Of a stretch of DNA of 64,000 nucleotides, positions 45,158-54,358 are shown piece after piece; positions within the stretch are counted from its first letter, which is position 1; every line of letters starts with the position of its first letter. The notes below the pieces were generated by a model, which was not told the origin of the DNA, searched no databases, and worked only from the letters and a program-made list of their open reading frames with translations. The position numbers and the translations under genes are program-made. Source of the stretch: Candidatus Limnocylindrus sp. (GTDB lineage: Bacteria > Chloroflexota > Limnocylindria > Limnocylindrales > Limnocylindraceae); the NCBI GenBank assembly GCA_046081085.1, contig JBJTVF010000014.1, positions 14,207 to 78,206 on the forward strand, in the 5' to 3' direction.

Positions 45158-47079
45158 GCCCGCCGTGTCACTCGCTCGACGCGAATTAGGTCCCCGCCCA
45201 CCGACAGACCCACCAGAGCGGAGGGTTCTGGCGCCCTGTGGTGGGCGGGGGAAGTCATGCCGCGACCCGTCGACGGGGACGCGGGGGCCATCTTGAAGAG
45301 CATCGTGAGATCCTCCGCGACCCGACGGAAGAGTTCGTAGGACTCGATGTTGTTGAGGATCACGCCTGGGCGATTCACCACCGGTGGCACGCGTCGAAGC
45401 GAGACAGCGATCACATATTCTGGCGCGGTCTGGCCGATCCAACCCACATAGCTGAAGTTGTAGTGGCGCTTATCCCAGCCCGCCTCGCCGCCGTTGAGCT
45501 CTTTGCTCAACCAGATCTGTGCGGTGCCACTCTTCCCGCCGGATGCGTAGTTTGGAATGTTTGCAAGTCGGTTGTAGATTGGAACAAGCTTGGTTAGTCC
45601 TGTACTCATCTCAGCGATCTGCGCGGACACTCTCGGCGTTGTTGCCCTCCCTCTTGTGACGATAGGTTGCGCGACGCCATCTACCGCCTGAACAACACGC
45701 GGCCGTACAAGTACACCACCGTTTAGCATCGCGGAGTAGGCGGCGGCTAGTTGGATTAGCGTTGTTCCTACACCCTGACCGAACGAGCCATTCGCAAGAT
45801 CGAGCTCGCTCCACCTCTTCTGGTCTGGACTGTTGACGAGGCCCTGACTCTCGCTCGCGAGATCTATTCCGGTCTTTCCACCAAAGCCGAACTTGAGCCA
45901 CGTCCCATAAAGGCGCTGCGATGCCTCGCTCGTGCTGCCCCCCAAGGAGAGGGCAATCTTTGAGAAGACGATGTTGCGACTCCACGCGAATGCAGCGGCA
46001 AGTGTCATCTGACCCTTGGAGCGTCGATCCGCATTGCGAACCTCATTGACACCATGGTCCAGTTTGAGGACTGACTGATCAGCGATGATGCTAGAGGGCG
46101 AATACGAGCCGCTCTCGAGCGCAGCGACACTGGTGATCGCCTTCATGACCGAGCCAGGCTCATAGACGCTGCTGATTGCTGGGTCGAAGAACCGTGATGG
46201 GTCGCGCGCGGCGACAACGCCGTAGCGGTTCGCATCATACGAGGGCCATGACGCGGAGGAGAGGATGTCACCCGAGTAGGGATCCATGATGATCACGCTT
46301 ACCGATTCGGCCTGATTCGCCACACCTGCTGCCGCTGCCTCTTGCTCGACAAGGGTCTGAAGTCCCGCATCAATGCTGAGTTGAAGGTCGACGCCTTCGC
46401 GAGCATCGCTCACAATGACCGGTCGTTCGATGCCGTCTCCCCCGCGCTCAAGCTGGGTTACCTGCGCGCTCCCCGCCAGTTGATCGTTGTAGTACTCCTC
46501 GACTCCGTATTGGCCAGTTCCAGCGGCATTGACGAATCCGAGGATGTGACTCGCGAGGCTTGTCTCAGAGGCGCCACCAGGTTGTGGATAGAGACGCGTG
46601 CGCACCTCGCGTAGCGAGATCCCAGGGAGGAGGCCAGTGGTCGAAGCGGCTCGGACCGCATCGGCGGCTGGTTCATCGAGGGCTGGTAGTAGGAGGCTCC
46701 AGGTACGTCGCGCCGCAAGCCCGGCTCGAAGCCGCGCCGTATCAATATCGTCAAGCGATAGAACCTCGAGGAGTGTTGACTCAACCGCCAATCGATCTGA
46801 GTCACTCAGCGCGCTTGTCTCCGCGATCAGCTGATATCGCATCACGGTGGTCGCAAGTACAACCGAACCAGTGCGATCCATGATGGTTCCGCGAAGTGGT
46901 TCAGCGCTCTGCGTAAGGCTCAATCTGCTCCCGGCGACTTCAAGGAGTCGATCTCGTTCAATCAGCTGCCACTGCGCGAGCCGCCCAACGCAGAGCAACC
47001 CCGCGAGGACGAGGGCGATCCCGATGACCAGGCCACGCCCGACGCGATCCGATCGGACGGCTCGCGATTCACCGCTCAT
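45154..47079 (-). CDS. ftsI: Division-specific transpeptidase (penicillin-binding protein FtsI/PBP3-type).
   Basis: N-terminal TM anchor, SVMK (SxxK), SRN (SxN) and KSGT (KTG). Confidence 0.9.
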   Translation of the reverse strand: MSGESRAVRSDRVGRGLVIGIALVLAGLLCVGRLAQWQLIERDRLLEVAGSRLSLTQSAEPLRGTIMDRTGSVVLATTVMRYQLIAETSALSDSDRLAVESTLLEVLSLDDIDTARLRAGLAARRTWSLLLPALDEPAADAVRAASTTGLLPGISLREVRTRLYPQPGGASETSLASHILGFVNAAGTGQYGVEEYYNDQLAGSAQVTQLERGGDGIERPVIVSDAREGVDLQLSIDAGLQTLVEQEAAAAGVANQAESVSVIIMDPYSGDILSSASWPSYDANRYGVVAARDPSRFFDPAISSVYEPGSVMKAITSVAALESGSYSPSSIIADQSVLKLDHGVNEVRNADRRSKGQMTLAAAFAWSRNIVFSKIALSLGGSTSEASQRLYGTWLKFGFGGKTGIDLASESQGLVNSPDQKRWSELDLANGSFGQGVGTTLIQLAAAYSAMLNGGVLVRPRVVQAVDGVAQPIVTRGRATTPRVSAQIAEMSTGLTKLVPIYNRLANIPNYASGGKSGTAQIWLSKELNGGEAGWDKRHYNFSYVGWIGQTAPEYVIAVSLRRVPPVVNRPGVILNNIESYELFRRVAEDLTMLFKMAPASPSTGRGMTSPAHHRAPEPSALVGLSVGGDLIRVERVTRRA

Positions 47080-47080
47080 C

Positions 47081-47623
47081 TCAGCGTTCCTCCACGATTA
47101 GCGGATCGGTAAGCTGCCCAATTCCAAGTTCAAAGGCACGCCGTCGAACGGCTGGCTCTCGCCCCACTCGACTCATCTCGGTTTCACCGGCACGGATTTG
47201 CTCAACGATCTTTGCCTGCTCGTTCTTCAGCCGTTCAATGCGAGTGGCAGAGGTGGTGACCTCAAGACTGAGGATCAGCGCAAGGAACAGCGCCGCAAAG
47301 ATCAGCGCGCCCCCCGTTACAACCTGCGCGAGCTGAATGCCAAAGAGCCCAGAGCGCTGCGTTGCGCTCCATGCGGAGAGGCCAATTCGACCGCGAGGGA
47401 GCGCCCCTGCCGTGATGGCTGTGCGAGGACGTGCCGCGCCTGCCGCTGGGCGAGGGCTGGTTCGAATCGAGCCGGTTCCATGTTGCTCCGCGAGCGGCTG
47501 GAACGTCTGCCGAATTGCGGCGCGCTGTCGCGCAGCCGCTGCAAGCCGTCCATCAGGGACGCGCTGCTGGACAATCGGAGCGATCAGCTGTGCGCCGCGA
47601 AGCGGGCGACCGATCGCCGTCAT
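47081..47623 (-). CDS. ftsL: Cell division protein FtsL-like (bitopic, with a coiled coil).
   Basis: TM GGALIFAALFLALILSL followed by ERLKNEQAKIVEQIRAGE. Its position between rsmH and ftsI supports the call. Confidence 0.6.
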   Translation of the reverse strand: MTAIGRPLRGAQLIAPIVQQRVPDGRLAAAARQRAAIRQTFQPLAEQHGTGSIRTSPRPAAGAARPRTAITAGALPRGRIGLSAWSATQRSGLFGIQLAQVVTGGALIFAALFLALILSLEVTTSATRIERLKNEQAKIVEQIRAGETEMSRVGREPAVRRRAFELGIGQLTDPLIVEER

Positions 47624-48594
47624 GCCGCCACCTCAATGCGCTCAGCGACGCGCATCTTTGCACTTCGGCTCCGTGGATTTTTCGCAACCTCCTCTTCTGT
47701 TGCGGTGAGCGGCTTGTCTGTGATCAGTCGCAGTGAAGGCCTGACGCCACATCCGCAACGCGGGACCTTGGGCGGACAGATGCAGCCCTTTGCTGCGGCG
47801 GCAAAGGCGTTCTTCACAATTCGATCTTCGAGGGAGTGATACGTAAGCACCACGATGCGACCGCCAACGGCAAGCAGGCGGATAGAAGCATCAAGCGCGA
47901 TTGCGAGTGCGCCGAGTTCATCGTTGACCGCAATGCGTAGCGCCTGGAAGACGCGCGTTGCTGGGTGGATGCGCGATGGCTTCCCTGGGCGCGTGGCAAC
48001 CTCTGCCACAAGAGCGGCAAGCTCTTCTGCTGTTGTCACGGGCATAGCAGCACGCCGCGCAACGATTGCGCGAGCAATCTTTCCCGCCTGCGGCTCTTCA
48101 CCAAACTCACGAAGGAGTTTGGTGAGCCCTGGAACCGTAATGTGCGCAAGGAGTGCCGCTGCGCTCTCACCCTCTGTGGGGTTGAAGCGAAGATCAAGCC
48201 TTCCGCCGGTGCGAATTCCAAAGCCGCGATCACGGTCTACAAGTTGATCAGACGAGAGACCAAGGTCAAAGAGGATGCCATCGACGCCGTGAAAACCTGC
48301 CGCCGCGGCGGCCTCAGCAATTCGCGCGCTACTTCCGTGGAACGTCTTCAGTCGCGCGCCGAAGCCGGAGAGTCGTGCCGTCGATCGTGCGATCGCCGAT
48401 GCGTCAGCATCAATGCCGAGCAGCGTTCCGTTCGGAGCGCTTGCCGCAAGCACTGCCGCAGCGTGACCGCCGCCGCCAAGATTCGCATCGATGTATGCGC
48501 CGCCGCTTCGTGGTGCGAGTGCCTCAATCGTCTCGCGGAGGAGAACGGGCTCATGCACGCTGACTGCCTGCGCAGCGCCACGTGCCTCGTGCAT
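47620..48594 (-). CDS. rsmH: 16S rRNA m4C1402 methyltransferase (MraW).
   Basis: HEPVLLRETIEAL...YIDANLGGGGHA...DLGLSSDQL. Confidence 0.92.
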   Translation of the reverse strand: MHEARGAAQAVSVHEPVLLRETIEALAPRSGGAYIDANLGGGGHAAAVLAASAPNGTLLGIDADASAIARSTARLSGFGARLKTFHGSSARIAEAAAAAGFHGVDGILFDLGLSSDQLVDRDRGFGIRTGGRLDLRFNPTEGESAAALLAHITVPGLTKLLREFGEEPQAGKIARAIVARRAAMPVTTAEELAALVAEVATRPGKPSRIHPATRVFQALRIAVNDELGALAIALDASIRLLAVGGRIVVLTYHSLEDRIVKNAFAAAAKGCICPPKVPRCGCGVRPSLRLITDKPLTATEEEVAKNPRSRSAKMRVAERIEVAA

Positions 48595-49022
48595 TAGAAA
48601 CCGAGCCCTTCCAGCTGTGCAGCGAGTGCGTCAGACGACTCCATCGAGCCGCGATATACATCCCATCGCGTTGGCGTCCAAATTTCGGCATGATCACGTG
48701 CGCCGACCACCATCGCCTCGCCCTCTAGTTGGCTCCAACTGCGCAACGTGGACGGGAGAAGGAGGCGTCCCTGCGCATCGAGTTCAACCTCAAACGCACT
48801 GCCGAACAGGAATCGTCCGAACTCGCGCGCACTCGCGTTACCGGTTGGAAGCGCCGCAACCTTTGCGGCGAGGTCGTCCCATGCGGCACGAGGGAAGATC
48901 GCAAGGCAGTTATCCAGCCAGCGGGAGACAAATGCGCCGTCGTCGAGCTGTGCGCGGAAGCGCGCGGGGACGGCGACCCGTCCCTTGCCGTCGATCGTAT
49001 GGCGGTACTCGCCGGTAAACAC
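48594..49022 (-). CDS. mraZ: Transcriptional regulator MraZ. GTG start with a GGAGGGGG RBS; the longer track ORF extends into the operator.
   Basis: VFTGEYRHTIDGKGRVAVPARFR plus a second DxxGR repeat. Confidence 0.85.
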   Translation of the reverse strand: MFTGEYRHTIDGKGRVAVPARFRAQLDDGAFVSRWLDNCLAIFPRAAWDDLAAKVAALPTGNASAREFGRFLFGSAFEVELDAQGRLLLPSTLRSWSQLEGEAMVVGARDHAEIWTPTRWDVYRGSMESSDALAAQLEGLGF

Positions 49023-49057
49023 GTTTATCCCCCTCCGCGTGGCCCTCGGGGGTGGTT

Positions 49058-49122
49058 CCCCCACCACACCCCACTTGCAACCACTTCAATGCATTCTGCC
49101 CCCACCTCCCCCACATGTCAAG
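49058..49122 (-). promoter_or_regulatory. mraZ/dcw promoter. On the mraZ sense strand it has -35 TTGACA (49116-49121), a 17 nt spacer and a -10-like CAGAAT (49093-49098). Three GTGG[T/G] direct repeats at 10 bp periodicity (49060-49084) form a putative MraZ operator.
   Basis: Sense-strand read: TTGACATGTGGGGGAGGTGGGGGCAGAATgcattgaaGTGGTtgcaaGTGGGgtgtgGTGGGgg. Confidence 0.55.
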
Positions 49123-49227
49123 TGACGCAATGGGGAGGAGGGCCTTGAGGGGAAAGCGCGGCAAGGGGTGCGAGTGGGCGACCAGCTCATGGGGGGCGGG
49201 CGTGGCGTGGGGGGTTCCGTTGACGAA

Positions 49228-49578
49228 TGAAGCCGGCGAGATGGTCTATAAGCCGGGTTCTGTCCCCCCTTGCGGGAGCGACGGCCATCCATCTAGGCCA
49301 CCGATTACTCAGTGGCTCGAGCGATCAACCCGAGGACCCTGGCGGTGCGCCAGTTCCAGCCACAAGGGCTGAAGTGTCCCCCTATTTGACCTTGCTCCAG
49401 GCAGAGTTTGCCGCGTTTCACCCCACCATCGAACCGAAGTTCGCGGTGGACTCGTCTCTGTGGCACTAGTCCGCGCCTCGCGGCGGACGGGCGTTACCCG
49501 CTGCCTTTCACCTTGGAGCCCGGACTTTCCTCGAACGAGCCCGAAGGCTCTCTCGCGACCGTCCGACCATCTCGCCGG
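49228..49578 (-). ncRNA. rnpB: RNase P RNA, bacterial type A.
   Basis: The sense strand has the P4 5' strand AGGAAAGUCCGGGCUCC and the P4 3' strand ACAGAACCCGGCUUA. The P1 stem CCGGCGAGAUGGUC pairs with GACCAUCUCGCCGG. Length is about 350 nt. Confidence 0.92.
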
Positions 49579-49587
49579 AGGGGGAGT

Positions 49588-50913
49588 CTAGCGCGCTGCG
49601 ACCTCCACGACGAGCCCGTCAAATCCGGCGAGCACCCCTTGAGGGAGACGCGCGGAGAGCTCCTGGTAGTCAAGATCGTGATCCAAGTGGGTGAGGATTG
49701 CGAGTCGTGGCTTCAGCGCGGCGATCAGGACGAGTGCCTCATCCACCGTCTGATGCGTTGGATGCGGTAGGTCTCGGAGGGCAGAGACGATCAATACTTC
49801 TAGGTTCAGCAGTCGCTCTCGTGAGGCTGGCGAGACGGCAGCGACATCGGTGAGATAGGCAACTGCGCCACTCCGCCACCCGTGGGCAGGGCGACGGCCG
49901 TGAATCAGCGGGATGGCCTCGAAGGCACGTCCGCCGAGCTGTATGTGTGGCACCGCCTCGACCAGCCGCAGGGAAGGGATCCCGTGACCCGGTGCCGTAC
50001 GACCGTCAAACGCGTACTCCCATCGGCGCAAAAGTTCCGTACATGTCTCAGGTCCCGCACCAACATCGAGCACCTCCTCTTGCGCGTCCGTATACGCGCG
50101 CAACTCATCGATACCACCAGTGTGATCAACATGGATATGGGTGATCAGCGCCCCATCCAATCGAGTGATGCCGAATCGCATAGCTTGCTGCCGCAGGTCC
50201 ATCCCTGGATCAACGATCACGGCTCGCGAGGTCGCGGTCACGGCATCTCGCCACTCCATCAGCAACGAACTGCGGAGTCGTTGGTTACGCACATCCTTTG
50301 AGATGCACACTTCGCAGCGGCAGCCGACGCGCGGCACGCCACGAGAGGCCCCAGTTCCAAGAAGCGTCAACGTAGTGGCAGAACGACTTGATCCACCATC
50401 TTCGATCGCGAGGCCATTCGGCGAGGAGACCCCGCGAGAGCGTGCGACGTCATCTGGGCGGCGAACCACCCACGCGGGGCCACCTCGCATGGCGCGATCA
50501 AGCCCTTCGTTCGCAAGCGCGTCGGCCTGATGATTCTCTTCGCGTGGAACATGGGTTGCGCTCCACACGGCAAATCGAGTCAGGCGAGCGCGCGCTTCAT
50601 CACAGAGCGGCGCGAGCTTTGCATCGCGCACACGCCACCTTCCGTTGAGTTGCTCGACCACAAGCCTGCTGTCAAGAAAGAGCTGCAGTTCAGACGCTCC
50701 CAGTTCGGCGGCAAGTTCAATGGCCGAAATGACCGCCTTCCACTCCGCAACGTTGTTCGTCGTTGTTCCAATCGCGGCGGAGATTGTGGCATCGGGCTGC
50801 GCGGAAGGGTGAGCGGCGCCGTCACACGATGCGTCGTAGAGTGCAACGCCAATGGATGCGGGGCCGGGATTCCCTCGGCAGGCGCCGTCCGTTCGGGCGA
50901 TCAGCGCGCGCAT
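49588..50913 (-). CDS. Bifunctional fusion: N-terminal RNase HI-like domain (about 160 aa) and C-terminal MBL-fold PhnP-like phosphodiesterase domain (about 270 aa).
   Basis: N-terminal TDGACRGNPGPASIGVAL...NNVAEWKAVISAIELA...HVPREENHQADALA are the RNase H DEDD-region motifs. C-terminal LTLLGTGASRGVPRVGCRCEVC (a PhnP-like Cys-rich N-motif) and ITHIHVDHTGG (HxHxDH). Confidence 0.75.
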   Translation of the reverse strand: MRALIARTDGACRGNPGPASIGVALYDASCDGAAHPSAQPDATISAAIGTTTNNVAEWKAVISAIELAAELGASELQLFLDSRLVVEQLNGRWRVRDAKLAPLCDEARARLTRFAVWSATHVPREENHQADALANEGLDRAMRGGPAWVVRRPDDVARSRGVSSPNGLAIEDGGSSRSATTLTLLGTGASRGVPRVGCRCEVCISKDVRNQRLRSSLLMEWRDAVTATSRAVIVDPGMDLRQQAMRFGITRLDGALITHIHVDHTGGIDELRAYTDAQEEVLDVGAGPETCTELLRRWEYAFDGRTAPGHGIPSLRLVEAVPHIQLGGRAFEAIPLIHGRRPAHGWRSGAVAYLTDVAAVSPASRERLLNLEVLIVSALRDLPHPTHQTVDEALVLIAALKPRLAILTHLDHDLDYQELSARLPQGVLAGFDGLVVEVAAR

Positions 50914-50919
50914 CGCGCG

Positions 50920-51615
50920 CTAGCCGCGGCTACCAATCGCCGTAGAGACCTCAAGGATCGCCTTGGTGATGTTGATTCCACGAGGACAAGCGTCGACGCA
51001 GTTGAAGGTGGTGCGACAGCGCCAGACGCCGTCTTCGTTGCTCAAGACCTCTAGGCGCTCCTCCGCCCCCTGGTCACGTGAGTCAAAGATGAATCGGTGC
51101 GCGTTGACGATTGCAGCCGGGCCAACGTATTCAGGCTGCGCCCAGAAGCTTGGGCATGAGCTCGTGCAGGCGGCACAGAGGATGCACTTGGTGGTGTCGT
51201 CGTAGACGTCCCGCTGCTCTTGAGACTGCAGGCGCTCCCCCGTCCCCTCCGGCTCGTCGGCAATAAGGAAGGGGAGCACCGAGCGGTATTTACCGAAGAA
51301 TTCGTCCATATCTACGACGAGGTCCTTGACGACTGGGAGTCCAGGAAGCGGGGCAACGCTGATGCTCTTTCCGAGCTGCTCGACGCGAACCTTGCAGGCG
51401 AGGCGGTTGCGCCCATTGATCAAGAGCGCGTCAGAGCCACACACGCCATGCGCGCATGAACGTCGGAAGCTGATGCTCCCGTCGAGCCGTTCCTTTGCGC
51501 GTGTCAGCACGTCCAGCACGCGATCCATCGGCTCGACGGGGACGCGATACTTCTCCCAGTGAGGGGCGGTGTCACTCTCGGGATCGAATCGCTGGATCTT
51601 TAGCTCAACATCCAT
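50920..51615 (-). CDS. sdhB: Succinate dehydrogenase/fumarate reductase iron-sulfur subunit. The start is at MDVELKIQRF, after a GAGGTGG RBS.
   Basis: [2Fe-2S] CxxxxCxxC...C (CAHGVCGSDA) and [4Fe-4S]/[3Fe-4S] cysteine clusters (CILCAACTSSCP; CRTTFNCVDACP). Confidence 0.92.
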   Translation of the reverse strand: MDVELKIQRFDPESDTAPHWEKYRVPVEPMDRVLDVLTRAKERLDGSISFRRSCAHGVCGSDALLINGRNRLACKVRVEQLGKSISVAPLPGLPVVKDLVVDMDEFFGKYRSVLPFLIADEPEGTGERLQSQEQRDVYDDTTKCILCAACTSSCPSFWAQPEYVGPAAIVNAHRFIFDSRDQGAEERLEVLSNEDGVWRCRTTFNCVDACPRGINITKAILEVSTAIGSRG

Positions 51616-51625
51616 CAGGCCACCT

Positions 51626-53405
51626 CTAGTAGACACGCGGCTTCGGCTCAAACTTGGTGATCGTCACCGGCTTGTAGTCAATCTTGGTTGCTGGCGCGTC
51701 CCCAGCCCCCCGCCAGACCAGCGTGTGCGCCAGGTACTTCTCGTCATCGCGCTCAGGGTAGTCCTCGCGGCTGTGCGCGCCACGAGACTCCTTACGCGCC
51801 AGGGCGGAGACCGCAGTTGCCTCTGAGGCATCGAGGAGGTAGCCGAGCTCGCGCGCTTCAAGAAGGTCGGTATTGAAGACGCTCCCCGTGTCTTCCACGC
51901 GCACTCGCTGATACTCATCCTTCAGCCGCTGGATCTCCTTCACCGCGTTCGTGAGGAGTGTCTCGTCTCGATAGACGCCGACGCCCTCCATCATCACATC
52001 AGCCAGGGCTCGACGGATCTCTGCCGGCCGCACACCTTCAGGTCGCGTGGAGAGGGCGAGCATCTCGTCGCGAATCGCCCGCTCGGCCCCTGCAACGTGC
52101 TTCGGGGCGGCGGTTTTCTTGCAGATCTCAGCCATGCGCCTCCCTGCTCGCTTACCAAAGACGAGAAGGTCAACGAGTGAATTCGTGCCGAGGCGATTCG
52201 CGCCGTGGACACTCACGCAGGCAACCTCTCCTGCGGCGAAGAGACCAGGGACAACGCCGCCCGCAGCGTTCGCAAGCACTTCGGTTTCGAGGTTGGTTGG
52301 CACGCCGCCCATCGCGTAGTGGGCCGTTGGCTGCACGGGGACGGGCTCGCTGATTGGCTCTACACCCTGATAGACACGCGCTAAATCGGTAATGTCAGGG
52401 AGTTTCTCCTCAATCACCTTGCGACCGAGGTGTCGCACGTCAAGGAACACGTAATCCTTGCCGTTGATGCCGCGCCCAGCGCGGATCTCCTGGTACATGG
52501 CGCGCGAGATCATGTCACGCGGCGCAAGCTCCATCAGTTTCGGCGCGTACGTCTCCATGAACCGCTTTCCTTCGCCGTTCAGCAGGTAGCCACCTTCGCC
52601 ACGCGCCGCCTCAGAGAGAAGAATGCCAATCCCCACAATGCCCGTTGGGTGGAACTGATAGAACTCCATGTCCATTAGCGGAACGCCGTGACGCCAGGCA
52701 AGCGCCAACCCGTCACCTGCGAGCGAATGCGCATTTGAGGTCACGCGCCATGCGCGACCGTATCCACCAGTCGCAAGGAGTACCGCTTTCGCGCGCAGCA
52801 CATGGAGTGAACCGTCAGCAATCTTGTAACCAACGACGCCACTGCAACGTCCACCTTGATCGGCACTGCCGCCCTCGAACAAGAGATCAACGACGTGGTA
52901 CTCGTCATAGAACTTGACGCCCGCCTTGATGCACTGCTGATAGAGCGTCTGCAGGATCATGTGTCCGGTGCGGTCAGCCGCGTAGCAACTGCGTCGCACT
53001 GGCCCTTCACCGTAGTTACGTGTGTGACCACCGAATCGTCGCTGATCAATCTTCCCGTCTGGTGTGCGATTGAATGGGAGCCCCATCCGCTCCAACTCAA
53101 TCACCGCGGGGATCGCTTCGCGAGCGAGTACTTCAGCCGCGTCTTGATCGGTCAGGTAGTCGCCACCTTTAATGGTGTCGAACATGTGCCACTCCCAGTG
53201 GTCTTCTTCCACATTGCCAAGCGCAGCGCAGACTCCACCCTGGGCTGCGCCCGTGTGTGATCGCGTTGGGTAGAGCTTCGTCAGTACGGCGGTTGGGATC
53301 CCTTCACGCGCAAGCTCAAGTGCCGCCCAAAGGCCGGCACCACCCGCGCCAACGACAATTGCATCAACGGCGAGCTGTCCCGCTTCGGCTCGCAGTGCAC
53401 TACTC
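51626..53405 (-). CDS. sdhA: Succinate dehydrogenase flavoprotein subunit. The start is at MSSALRAEAG; the ORF-track N-terminal 110 aa overlap sdhD and are spurious.
   Basis: FAD-binding VVGAGGAGLWAALE and RSHTGAAQGG (the His covalent FAD site). It is in the sdhCDAB order. Confidence 0.93.
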
Positions 53406-53415
53406 ATCTCTCGAC

Positions 53416-53805
53416 CTAATCGAATGGAAGCGCGATAACGACCTGGGTGCCCAAGACAAAGAGGATCAGTGCAAGCAGGTAGAGCGCGCCGAGTGAGAGG
53501 CTGCGAACCTTCGACGGAGCGTAGTCCTGCACCACCGTGCGCATGCCGAGGAAACCGTGCACCAGCACCGCCATCAGCATCCCCCAGTCGAGCGCGCGTA
53601 GGGCCACGGAGTTCCATCGCGTCTGGCGCACCCACTCTGCGCTTTGGTCCGCAGGGTCGAAGACGAAGTGTGTCATGGTGAAGTGAGCGAGGGCGAGGAC
53701 AAAGAGTGCGAGTGAACTGAGGCGCACGGCGTACCAAACGTACAGGTCCAGCTTGGATCCGGTCGGTCGCGGGCGCCCCGCGATTGAGTACTTCTGAACG
53801 CTCAT
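53416..53805 (-). CDS. sdhD: Succinate dehydrogenase hydrophobic membrane anchor subunit. The start is at MSVQKYSIAG, with an ATGA overlap onto sdhC.
   Basis: Three TM helices with a conserved His. It lies between sdhC and sdhA. Confidence 0.7.
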   Translation of the reverse strand: MSVQKYSIAGRPRPTGSKLDLYVWYAVRLSSLALFVLALAHFTMTHFVFDPADQSAEWVRQTRWNSVALRALDWGMLMAVLVHGFLGMRTVVQDYAPSKVRSLSLGALYLLALILFVLGTQVVIALPFD

Positions 53806-54215
53806 CCGACAGCCTCCCAGATCGGCTTCAGGATGATGTAGGCGCCAGGGAGCCCGATTGCGAAGAAGACGATCCATACGATCCGCCACATCTGGCGGTG
53901 GTATGCGGTGAGTGCCGGCCAGAAGTCCATCACCACAATGCGCATGCCATTCAGCGCGTGATAGAAGAGTGCCGCGCCGAGGAGGGTCTCCATGACGCGC
54001 CCCGGAGGACTGGAGTAGATCTGGCCAAGGTAGTCGTATAGCTCGGGGTTCGCTCCAATCAACCAGATGTCAATGACGTGGAGGATGATGAAGAGCCAAA
54101 CACCGATGCCGGAGATGCGGTGAAATGCCCAGGCGACCATCCCCTCGCCGCCCCGATACGAGGGGTAGCTGCGAAGCTTCTGGGGCGAAGCGAGCGGTCC
54201 AGATCCTCGCGACAT
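53802..54215 (-). CDS. sdhC: Succinate dehydrogenase cytochrome b subunit. The start is at MSRGSGPL.
   Basis: The HRISGIGVWLFIILH heme-ligand helix and three TM segments. Confidence 0.75.
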   Translation of the reverse strand: MSRGSGPLASPQKLRSYPSYRGGEGMVAWAFHRISGIGVWLFIILHVIDIWLIGANPELYDYLGQIYSSPPGRVMETLLGAALFYHALNGMRIVVMDFWPALTAYHRQMWRIVWIVFFAIGLPGAYIILKPIWEAVG

Positions 54216-54358
54216 GGGCAACTCCCCTCTGCTCCGGCCGGCGACTCTGCCGCTCCGTGACCGTTGAACACATTCTAGCCGCGACGGTTGGGACCTGCAC
54301 GCGTACACTCCCCCATGACAACTCGGGCGGGTGCCCATCAGCAACAGACGGAGGCGAG

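Noticed and set aside
43664-45442. Possibility that the 592 aa ORF is a MurE-MurF fusion, which would explain the missing murE.
   Set aside because: The N-terminal 95 aa overlap the ftsI 3' end in another frame. They are Arg/Gly-rich junk with no Mur-ligase N-domain. An internal Met gives a normal 498 aa MurF with an ATGA overlap to ftsI.
49068-49226. ORFs 49052..49372(+), 48910..49164(-) and 49227..49469(+) in the mraZ-rnpB region.
   Set aside because: The region is explained by the mraZ promoter/operator and the RNase P RNA. The ORFs have no RBS and have G/P-rich, low-information translations.
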